From contig NC_057718.1 in assembly GCF_004010195.1 (NCBI RefSeq), positions 80,843,561 through 80,907,560 on the forward strand: a stretch of 64,000 bases of DNA, in the 5' to 3' direction. Each line of letters starts with the position of its first letter. Position 1 is the stretch's first letter. The notes beneath the pieces are model-generated. The model saw nothing but the letters and a program-made list of their open reading frames with translations, was not told where the DNA came from and did not search any database. Below are positions 50,915-61,038 of this stretch, in pieces. The translations under genes and the position numbers were made by a program. Source of the stretch: Chiloscyllium plagiosum. Its lineage: Eukaryota.

Positions 50915-53739
50915 TTACTCATTCACTTCCATTTGCTAGGAAAACAGTGAATTGCTGATGCCGAAAGTAGTAATACATATAAATATTTGTTTCTTCCTTG
51001 CCTATTCACTACTAAGGCTGATGTTAGCACTGCCAACCAGTGATTGGACACTTGCTATTGCATTCTCAATGTACTTCCACTCACCATCATTTTGACAACT
51101 TACTTGAAGCAGCTGAGGTGCACACATAGGCTGGTGATGGCCTCATTAATGCATTGAAGCAAGCTCTTATGATACAATTAGCACTTTTTTGCAATTTTAA
51201 ATTGAAAATTGTGCCTAGTGCAGAATAAGGAAAAATAGGCAGCAAGCAGTTAGTTAATTAAACTATTGATATATTTTCATTTTGTTTTCTTATGGGCTCA
51301 GAGGTGCAAATTCATACAGGAGATTACCTTAAACTCCTGAGCTTCATAAGGCAGAAACCGTGATTGTATCCTGTCTGTCTTAACTCTCCCATCACCTGAG
51401 CAATTCCTTCTTTGGGAGTTAAAATCTGGGTGCTTGATTCTGCAGAGCTTGTAAAAGGTAATTGTCTACAAATATTTCTATGGCTTTGTGATTAATAAGA
51501 TCAAGATTGAACCCAGGCTACAAAGCACTGCAGCAGTGCAACAAAAGTCTTCCCCTTATTCAGTGTACTCTGTGCTTTCAAGTATGATGTAACCACATCG
51601 TAAGAATTAGCCTTTGTCCACAATACAGTCTTTTTCATACATATGGTGGGAATTAGAGTCCAACATTTTCCTTTCAGGTTTCATGGGAATAAACATTGAA
51701 TGCTACAAAATGTGATCTGAACTGCAAATGACCAACTGAAAATACATTAAAATCTATCTGTATTGATGACTGTTTCCATACATATTGTAAACTGTGCTGC
51801 AAAGTGAAAAGAAGACCAGTTCAAACCTGTACTGAATGTTTCAGGTTCTATAAATCTTCAAGTAGACATTAACTCTCTTGTTCCTTGTAGAAAAAAAACA
51901 CTTACTGCCTATGTCACCATCAGCAAATGCAAAGAATAGGTAAAACGACAATAGTATCTACTTCTTATTCATTCGTAGTCAGCTAATAGGAAGGTCAATG
52001 CAATATTGTGCGCGCATAGCATTCAGTCTCAGCACATGGCATGCAGCTAAATAAACATAATCTTGACAAGGCTATCACACAGGTTGAGATGCTTCAGAGA
52101 CTAAGTGAAAAATCCTCATAATAATAATGCTAACTTCAAAAGAGGGACCATAATCATTTTTTATCACCTTTTCTCAAAATACCCCACCATGAAGACAGGG
52201 TAAGCAAACCAGTGCAATCTTAACTTTAGATAATTACATTGCAGAAGAGAAATAAAGATGCCATTGAGTCCATTGAACTTGATTCTTTGCTAGAGCAATC
52301 CAGAACTAATCTTACTTTATCTCCTTGGCCTGCATCTTCCTCTGCTTCAAATACATAAACAATTATTCATTAAAATTGAAATGGTCTTGGCCTCAACCTG
52401 CAGTAGTCATCTATGGTTGAACAAAATCCTGAGTAATTACATTTCCTTTAACTTCTCCCTTTACTCTATTGCTGGTCATTTTAAGTTGTGAGCCTTTAAC
52501 ATTGGTCCCTTACCACAAGAAATTCCTATTTCTTCATTTAAGATCTTTATAATTTTAAGCTTTTGTATTAAATCTTTGAGAAGGGTGCTTTGGCCCTTCA
52601 CAACAACCAGCACACTATTCCAGAATTTCTGGGTTGCTTTACCAGAGGTATATCCATAACAATTAGATAGCTCAGATATCTTTGGTAGCATCAGTGTCTG
52701 TCATGTACAAATGTACTTATGTCAGAGTCTCAGTCCTACAAATGTTTTACTTCAGTATAAATGAACACAGACAACATTACCATATTTCTTCTTTAAATGT
52801 CTGTCAATTTATTCTTCACTGACAAACTGAGACTAGATAAAACTTCAGAATTTATGTCAAATCGTCCATTGATCGTAATTATGAAAAACGAGGTTGTTTT
52901 GGGTTGAATTGACAAAGCAATGTAGCAGTCAAGAATACCAATGTATCGAATAGCAATTAAGAGTCATACACGAGTGCCTAATGGCAAAAATGTGAAAAAG
53001 AAATTAAGTGAGCAGTAGTAGTGATCACTATTGGAATAACAGTAGAACATTGTGATGCAGTGCAAGGGCAATAGAATCATGATCCATTTGGGGAATTGAG
53101 CTTGCTTTCGTCCTAAAAGTTCATTTAGTGTTTATGTCTCTCTCTAAATGCGTCAGAACATCAAACGTGAAGTAAGTTGACAAAGTTCATGTCAAAACAG
53201 GTTTTTGTTGCATCTTAACTCTGGCTATAACTTAAATTAAGCAATCTTTTTGTATCTTGCACAATAGTTCAGACTCATTATCCTGTGACTGCCTAATAAA
53301 AGCCTATTAAAGTCTGAAAACATTGTTTTGAAATATTTAATTTAAATGACAGAGTTTACAAAAATTGTCTTATGTGCCATCACTGGATTTTATGAGACAA
53401 AATAGTTAGATATTAAAACCTTTTCTAACGTTACTATAAACTCAATAATGTGCATTGTGTATGACTTGTGGAAGTTGCTGTGGAACCGAAAAAAGAAGGG
53501 TTTTCTAGCTTTTCAATCTGAAACAGATCTTCATTGTTACTTACAGTTACAGGTGCAATGCCAGCCAAGTTAGCCAAAACGACTCAGCTCTTCCTTACTA
53601 CTGGTCTTGTATATAAATTAGTTGGACCATACAAAGATTGCCAGTTAGTTGAATATGAATTTTTGAAACTTGAAAGTGGTCCTTTTGAAAGAAAAGGCTA
53701 CATTACTTAAGTGCTGGCACACTATCAGATTTTAATGCT

Positions 53740-53766
53740 ACTTTGTGTTTTTCTTTTAAACTCTAG
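53740..53766 (+). promoter_or_regulatory. 3' splice acceptor of the PACRG terminal exon
   Basis: Pyrimidine tract ctttgtgtttttcttttaaactctAG ends at 53766, immediately before the PACRG-like frame (phase 1). Confidence 0.85.
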
Positions 53767-53927
53767 TCAATACAGGAGATGGCATTGACTATAGCCAACA
53801 AAAAAGAGAAAACATTGGAGACCTGATTCAGGAGACTCTGGAGATCTTTGAGCTGTATGGAGGAGAAGATGCCTTCATTAACATCAAGTACATGATCCCA
53901 ACTTATGAGTCATGTATTTACAACTGA
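53767..53927 (+). CDS. PACRG: Terminal coding exon of Parkin co-regulated gene protein (axonemal doublet-microtubule inner-junction protein), or a close paralog
   Basis: After 2 nt completing a split codon: [52 protein letters not shown]. This matches the conserved PACRG C-terminus ([39 protein letters not shown]), with a canonical acceptor and TGA at 53925-27. Upstream exons were not seen in the window. Confidence 0.93.
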
Positions 53928-53931
53928 ACCA

Positions 53932-53937
53932 AATAAA
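53932..53937 (+). promoter_or_regulatory. Candidate polyadenylation signal AATAAA
   Basis: AATAAA 4 nt after the stop codon, with GT/T-rich sequence (gtatgttgtattaattt) about 15-30 nt downstream. Confidence 0.5.
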
Positions 53938-54944
53938 CAGGTCTGAAGAAGTATGTTGTATTAATTTATGTAAGTAGGAATTATGTAAGACTAAATGCAT
54001 CGATTACACCATCAAATGAACCACAATTGTGTTCTTGTTTCCTTTATTGTTTATCAGCAATTGTTTCTTTATGAGTGTGTGCATTTAAACTGCCATTGGA
54101 CTCAAACCTCAGATGCTCTGAACAAAAAAAACAATTTCCATACATAACTAAATTTTTCCTCTTCTGTTCAACAACCAGTCCACCGAGTGACATCATTGAA
54201 CATAAATATTGATTTACAATGGTAGTTTTGTAGGTGTGCACTAGGCTTCAGTTGAATTTTGGTTGTACAACTAAATCCACTATTCTGTACAAAGGAGTAA
54301 CAGGTTTGAATTATTGTAGATCACAGTATTGAAGTTGACCTAACATGTAGGACGGCCTGTGTCTCTGGATAGGAGAGTACTTGTTTACGTCTACACTGAA
54401 TATAATCACCTCACCACCCCTCACCCTCACCCTGCCAACTCCAATCCCCACTGCTTTTTGTCTACGAAATGCATGTTGGGGCTAATACTTATGTCAGGAA
54501 CTGGCTGTACTTTTGTCTAATATCACAATGCATGGGACAAGCATTTGATATAGGCTATGTTCTCAAGAAGGTAGTTTAAGATTTGCATATACAGAGCATA
54601 AACAGAGAGTTGGCGTGGACATGCTGGGCCGAATGGTCTGTTTCCACACTATAGGGATTCTATATGCTGAGCTTTTCTTGCACTTTTGGTTTTTATTTCA
54701 GGTTTCCAACAACCTCAGTATTTTGTTTTTATCCCACAAAAGAAATTTCTCTTGGCAGTTTGTCCTTACTTGCTGATCTGATAAAAGATGAAACGCATCA
54801 GCTAAGAGAAGCCTGACTGGGAATATACATCTAGACGGGAATGTGAACACAGTTCACATTGTTAGTGTTCCAGTGCTAGATTGATGTCATTTATTAATTT
54901 GTTTTTCTGTTTTTAAAAGCCAATGAACTGACATTTTACCACTG

Positions 54945-55832
54945 TTGGAGAATTTTATGCAATCCTGGTCTCCTTCCTATCAGAAAGATGTTGTGAAACT
55001 TGAAAGGGTTCAGAAAAGATTTGCAAGGATGTTGCCAGGGTTGGAGGATTTGAGCTATAGGGAAAGATTGAATAGGCTAGGGCTGTTTTCCCTGGAGTGT
55101 CAGAGGCTGAGAGGTGACCTTATAGAGGTTTATAAAATCAGGAAGGGCTTGGAAAGGATAAATAGACAAAGTATTTTTCCCTGGGGTCGGGGAGTCCAGA
55201 ACTAGATTCATAAGCGGCACAGTGACACAGTGGTTAGTACTGCTGCCTCACAGTGCCAGAGACCCGGGTTCAATTCCCGCCTCAGGCGACTCTCTGTGTG
55301 GAGTTTGCACATTCTCTCTGTGTCTTTGTGGGTTTCCTCCAGGTGCTCTGGTTTCCTCCCACAGTCCAAAATGTGCAGGTTAGGTGAATTGGCCATGCTA
55401 AATTGCCTGTAGTGTTAGGTGAAGGGGGAAACGTTGGGGAATGGGTCTGGGTGGGTTGTGCTTCGGCAGGTCAGTGTGGACTTGTTGGGCCGAAGGGCTT
55501 GTTTCCACACTTTAAGTAATGTAATCTAATCTTAGCTAGATTAGATTACATTAGGTTTAGGGTGAGAGGGGAAAGATATAAAAGAGACCTAAGGGGCAAC
55601 TTTTTCACACAGAAGGTGGTACGTGTATAGAATGAGCTGCCAGAGGAAGTGGTGGAGGCTGGTACAATTGCAGCATTTAAAAGACGTCTGGATGGATTTA
55701 TGAATAGGATGGGTTTGGAGGGATATGGGCCAGGTGCTGGCAGGTAGGACTAGATTGGGTTGGGATATCTGGTTGGCATGGACGAGTTGGACCGAAGGGT
55801 CTGTTTCCATGCTGTACATCTCTATGACTCTA
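54945..55832 (+). mobile_element. CR1 3' fragment (subfamily A) interrupted by a V-SINE
   Basis: WSPSYQKDVVKLERVQKRFARMLPGLEDLSYRERL; resumes at taggtttagggtgagagggg (about 55552); tail tctctatgactcta. Confidence 0.92.
55214..55532 (+). mobile_element. Full-length V-SINE (HE1-like) nested in CR1
   Basis: Closely similar to 50600-50914; A/B boxes, V-domain, taatctaatct tail. Confidence 0.9.
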
Positions 55833-56446
55833 TTTGAAATCTTGTGAATGTTCCGAATCTGCAACTTTAAGAGAATTTACCAAGAGCAGGAACAAGTCAC
55901 TTATATGATCAAGAGGCTTATGTAAAATCCTGATGAGTCAAATCCCATGGGATCTGCCTCCAAATATGTGTTATACAGAGCTTCAAGATTTGCCTAGAAA
56001 CAAGCTTTATGTAAATAAAAACCCAAGTGGAAATGCAGTAAAGCAGAAAAATGTATTTATTATTCAAAAGGTCAGACCTTACAATTGCCTGACCTTGTAA
56101 AAAGCATTGAAAAATGTTAGTGGTTAGTTCTAGAACAACCCAGTCATACTTATTATTTAGCATGTTATCTTCAGACCTGTGCAATACAATCTGCACAGAA
56201 GAATGTGTTGTACCTTGTCTTGAATCAGTCCAGCCATTGTTCAACTTAGGTGAACTTCTTGAAGCCCTGTATCTTTGCCAGGGCAACTCACCTTTACTAC
56301 AGGATGAGCCTGGAGGTAGGAACATTATGGGTTTCCTGAACCCTATCAGACGAGGTTCCTGAACACTGGGATAGGTAACCATTCTGTTCCTTTTGTTTGC
56401 TGGTGAAATGTTTTGGAGCATTTGCCTTGTGTTGCAGAATGGTTGA

Positions 56447-56868
56447 AGATAGTGAGAACTGCAGATCCTGGAGAGTCAGAGTGGATAAAGAGTGGAGCTG
56501 GAAAAAAACCCAGCAGGTCAGGCAGCATCAGAGGAGAAGGGGAGTAGACTTTTCAGGTCAGGATCTTTCATCAGGGGAAGGGGGCTGCAAAAGGGGGGTG
56601 GGGCTGGGGGAAAGATGGGTGGGATGGCGATGTGGATGCAGGTCGGAGGCAGCTGTGATTTGTTGGTGTGAAGGCTCCCACTGACTAAACACAGTTACCT
56701 CCTACCTGCATCCAACCATCGCCATCCCATCCATCTTTCCTATAGCCCCATCCCCCCATTTATTTCACAGCTTCCTTCCCCTCCCCCAGTCCTGATGTAA
56801 GTGATTACCCTACTCCTCTGTCGCTGCCTTACCTGCTGTGCTTTTTCCAGCTCCAGTCTTTCTCATTT
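56447..56868. mobile_element. About 420-bp Penelope-like fold-back insert with 12-bp TSD
   Basis: cagaatggttga (56435-46) and cagaatggctga (56869-80); outer and inner imperfect inverted arms; minus-strand CTGATGA-aagatcctgacct-GAAA-A-GTC at 56547-56574. Confidence 0.6.
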
Positions 56869-58212
56869 CAGAATGGCTGACAAACTCGATGGAGAATTCC
56901 CACTCTTCACAGCATCCATTTTTCACTTCACACCATTGTTTTCCACTTGCTATCTCCACTTTCTCTCCAATCGAGAATATTTTGAATTTTCTCAGAGGTT
57001 TTGTGCATCCTTTCACGGGGGGATCTTGATGGAAAATGATAATTTGCCCAGTGCTCCATGATTTCATGCTCTTGCTAACTTACTCCACTTTGTTGGTGAG
57101 GTCAAATGACAAGCTTGCATAGATTTGGCTATTTCGGAGTTATCAATTTGCAATTTTGGCTTTTCACAGGCATCATTCTATTAGATTTGTTATTTTCCTG
57201 ATGGCTTGATGATTTCAACAGAATTGGAGTTTTCCGTCATCCAAATTTGACTCAATGTGATTTCATTTCAAACAAATCAGAATACAGCATGAGATTTTAC
57301 CCAGACCAGGAATCTAATGCAATTGATTTGACACTTACTATTTCATCTGTCACTGAAGAAAGATTATAGGCATGCAATTAATTGTCGTAACCACATTGGA
57401 GCTTGTGCTCTCCAGGCATAAAATTGATTTGCTTGAGAGGTGGGATGTGGGTTGGGGTTGGAATCAATCATTAAAGGCTATTTCCTTTGCAGCCCATGCA
57501 GTATTCTATTTGGAAATGTGTCCGTGGAGGGGGCTGCATGTGTCCGCAGAATATGAACAGGTACTATACTGACATTGCAGGGTGTGGTCAACAGCTGTGA
57601 CATCCGAAATATCAAATTTGGATCTCACAGGGTCAGGCAATTAGTGTCAATCACTCAATAAACATGTGAAGTTATAAAATAGTAACTGCACTAATATTCC
57701 TGAAAGGGCCAGGCAGCAAATATTACAGTTAAGGTCATTCTGAAAAACTTCTATCATCATAAACAATCTGGAAATATTTTGTAGTGCTGTTATAAGTTCT
57801 AAGAATTGCCAGAGAGTGTTGTTTCATCCTTATAGAGAAGGAGAGACCTGGATGACCTATCCATAGAAAGCCTTAAAGAGATATGAGAGTAGCAACGGCA
57901 GTGCTTCTGGGTTTGTAAAACAACAGAAAGATGGAGCAACAGCTGTGGAGATGTCAAGCTCTGTCTTGCCTTCTGCCAACTTGGAGCCAGACTCCTTCAT
58001 GAACCTTAATAGCAACAGCAGGCTGTCTGGCAGCTGGACAATGCATTCAACATCTCAGTGTAAAAACTCTTCATCCCTCTCCTAAAGTCCATATTACTCA
58101 GATACTCACTTGAGTCTCTGCATCTGAAATGATTTGTGTCTTTGTACTCTGGAGAATATATGAAACATTTTTAACCCTTGGCCTGGCTGCAGCTCACTCA
58201 TCATTGCATGAC

Positions 58213-58600
58213 TCTATGCTGATTCCAAATCGATAATCCCTTTGATACTTGCAGCATTCCATTTGTAACATCCTATAAACTTGAAAGAACTCCATTTATC
58301 TTTATTCTTTGCAGCCTTTCTGATAATCAATCCTTCATCTATGCTAATCTCATGAACTCTTGTATTGCTTATTAACTTTGTGTGGCACTTATTTAATATC
58401 TTCTGGAAATCCAGGTATGCTATGTCAACTGTTTGCCCTTTATCTACCCTTTTAGTTATATCCTCAAATCTAATAATGCTGTCAAACAATTTATCTTTTG
58501 TAAAAGCATATTTACTTTGATTAGATGATGTGCCAAGTGCTTGTTAAGACTTGAAATAAAATTAATTTCTAGCAACCATTCATCAAGATTGCAATAATTA
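58213..58600 (-). mobile_element. Old CR1 RT fragment
   Basis: ORF 58214-58489: FEDITKRVDKGQTVDIAYLDFQK. Confidence 0.8.
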
Positions 58601-59741
58601 AGGATGGGCGTGAAATTTGTTATGCAATGTTTGTCGGGCGAAATTTGATCAGAAACCCATTGAGTGGTTTGTGGTCTCTCAAGCTTTATTGGAAATGCCA
58701 GCATGTACAGAATTGAAAGCATAATATATTCACTGAAATGTGGGCAGGCATTTCTAAAAAAAATCCTTTGCAGGACATTGACATCACTAACAAGGCCACT
58801 ATTTTTTGCTTTTGAAAAGGAGTTTTAAATCGCTGCAGTCATTTTGGTCCAGGCTTTTCTGGAATGGGGCATCATACTTTCCCTCAATTTTCAGCTGCAA
58901 ATGTTTTTTCTTTCTGATAATGATATGACAGGGTCAATGGAGTGCCTGGGACACTGGTGAATGGAGAACAGAAAATGTCTCATCGGTCAAGAAGTTTCTG
59001 AGTTGAGGAAGAAAAGAGAAATTGTGGTGAAAGAAATAGTGAGAATTAGTTAAATCAGGTGCAGAAAGTACCTTACATGAGACTTTAGTGCACAGTTTCA
59101 ACGATAGCTATCTTCATCAGTAAAACAATGAACATAAACAGTGAACAACCAAAAATAGCACTGGTCACCTGGAATAGGCACCTCAGTCCAATAAAACACT
59201 GCAAATATCACCAGTATATTTCAGGAAGGAGCCAAAAGTAAATAATTTCAGGGTTGTGATGATCTAATCAGCGAGAGAAAATGCATTCTCACCTTACCTA
59301 CTTGGGAGGAGTTCTTGTTTCAGGAGACTACAGAGGTCAGCAACGACATTCTGAGAAAATCTGAGCCTTCTGAGACCTTTTGCTTATCCATGTCTTCAAA
59401 GCCTATCCTCTGTCTGTAATACACTATGTTATGCATATCACCTCCCTTAGACTGTTGCTGCGTTCAGCTCCTCTATCTTGTCGAGCAGAATGTGACTGAG
59501 AAATGATGCTGCAGCTGATATTGCTCCTGCCAGCTTTTTTCTTTTTGCTGCTTCTCTTCTTGTTCCTCATCAGAGATCTGAAGTAAATCTGCATAAGTTG
59601 CTTCCATGCTACTATTTTGGTTGACAACCGGGAAACAATGGTCCTGTCAGCTGCATATACATATGGCAACCTAGAGCTGAGAAACCCAGCATGTAATCCA
59701 CGATCCTCTGCAGTATGACTTTCACTCTGGTTTAAGTAAAG

Positions 59742-59930
59742 TTAAAGTTATCCTTGTCCTACCAAACGACAGGGTGCACTCACATTAGAGGGAGAGAGAC
59801 AGACAGACAGTTAGTGATGGTTTAACTTGAGAGTCATCACTCCTTAAGTGAGGGGAAAGGTTAAGGGGGAACATCCCTCATGGTAATCTCAGACAGTGCA
59901 GGAATTGCAACCACACAGTTGGCATCACAA
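59742..59930 (-). mobile_element. Possible old tRNA-derived SINE
   Basis: B-box-like ggaattgcaacc on the opposite strand and a short (AAAGT)n-like end at 59735-59748; family not verified. Confidence 0.3.
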
Positions 59931-60809
59931 ACAACTCAACAAACTGCAAGTGACTTGCTTTTGCTAAGGCAAAGTTTGTGAACACTGGTGAATAGCTGGA
60001 GCTATTTTCAAATATTTTTTGCAAGTAGTGTTGGAGAAACATCCATTCCCTTATCAGGTACATGGGAGTTTTTGCAGTTTCACTTAGAGATAGAGAAGGT
60101 TGGGTGGGGTAGTTAGGGAAGGAAGGAGAAAAAGGGAGGCTCCCCATAGAAAACATTAGCTACAAAGTACTTTCAGGGAGGTTCACTCCTACTTGGCCCT
60201 GAGGCAAGTGGAGTGCTCAAGGAGGGTATGCTTCACCAATAAGGCTATAATGAAGTTCTGCTGCCTCCTTCAGGACCTCAAGCCTGAAACCAGAGTGAGT
60301 ACAGTCCTCCCAGTAGCCATTAAGGACACTGTCATCATAAAATTTTACAGTTGTGGACCCCTCCAAACAAAATAGGCAATACCAGTAACATCTCACTGTT
60401 AATTATCTTTAAATACAAAATGTAAATCACAAAGCCACAAGGAGTGGAGACTTTATCCTCTTCCTTTTGAGAAAGCAACAACGGGATGAAAGGGTATGTG
60501 GATTTGACAAAGGAGCAGACTACTGGATGGTGCAAGACACTATTGACTGTACACAGATAGCTCTGGAGATCCTAACTCAACTGGAAGTGACAGAGGAACT
60601 GCAAAAGCTGCCTCTCTCAGATCCGCCACAGCCACCTCCACCCCCGGAGTTGCCAGAGTCCCTCTCTCAGATGGTGTGCTAATGCACCAACTAAAAAGAA
60701 GTTTGCCTTGGTGAATATCCTGATGACACCATGATGTTTTTACCCTGCACCAGTCCACATTGTCTACTGCTTTCAAGCCTCCAAATTACATCAAAAGAGC
60801 GAAACACAC

Positions 60810-60909
60810 TAGCTCCTGCTCCTCGGATGCTGCCTGAACAGCTGTGCTTTTCCAGCACCACTCTAATCCAGAATCTGGTTTCCAGCATCTGCAGTCATTT
60901 TTTTTAACT
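60810..60909 (+). mobile_element. Penelope-like tail insert with 17-bp TSD
   Basis: ctgctcctcggatgctgcctgaacagctgtgcttttccagcaccactctaa (near-identical to 116-166) then ttccagcatctgcagtc; flanks aaaagagcgaaacacac (60793-809) and aaaagagctaaacacac (60910-926). Confidence 0.65.
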
Positions 60910-61038
60910 AAAAGAGCTAAACACACAGCATATTCCCTCAATGCTGGTCTTGTGGGTGGCCTTGTTTGGCCTAGTGCTGTACTATTCCAGTCACCAGAGA
61001 ATGATTGATGACTTTCACTGTGGGAGACTATTGTTAGC

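Noticed and set aside
55918..56421. 167-aa minus-strand ORF and overlapping 82-aa plus-strand ORF downstream of PACRG
   Set aside because: No recognisable domain or convincing exon structure; cannot be supported as coding.
57600..60700. Possible further Harbinger-like or coding remnants (e.g. ORFs 59424-59669 and 60467-60682)
   Set aside because: Motif resemblance is too weak to assign by eye.
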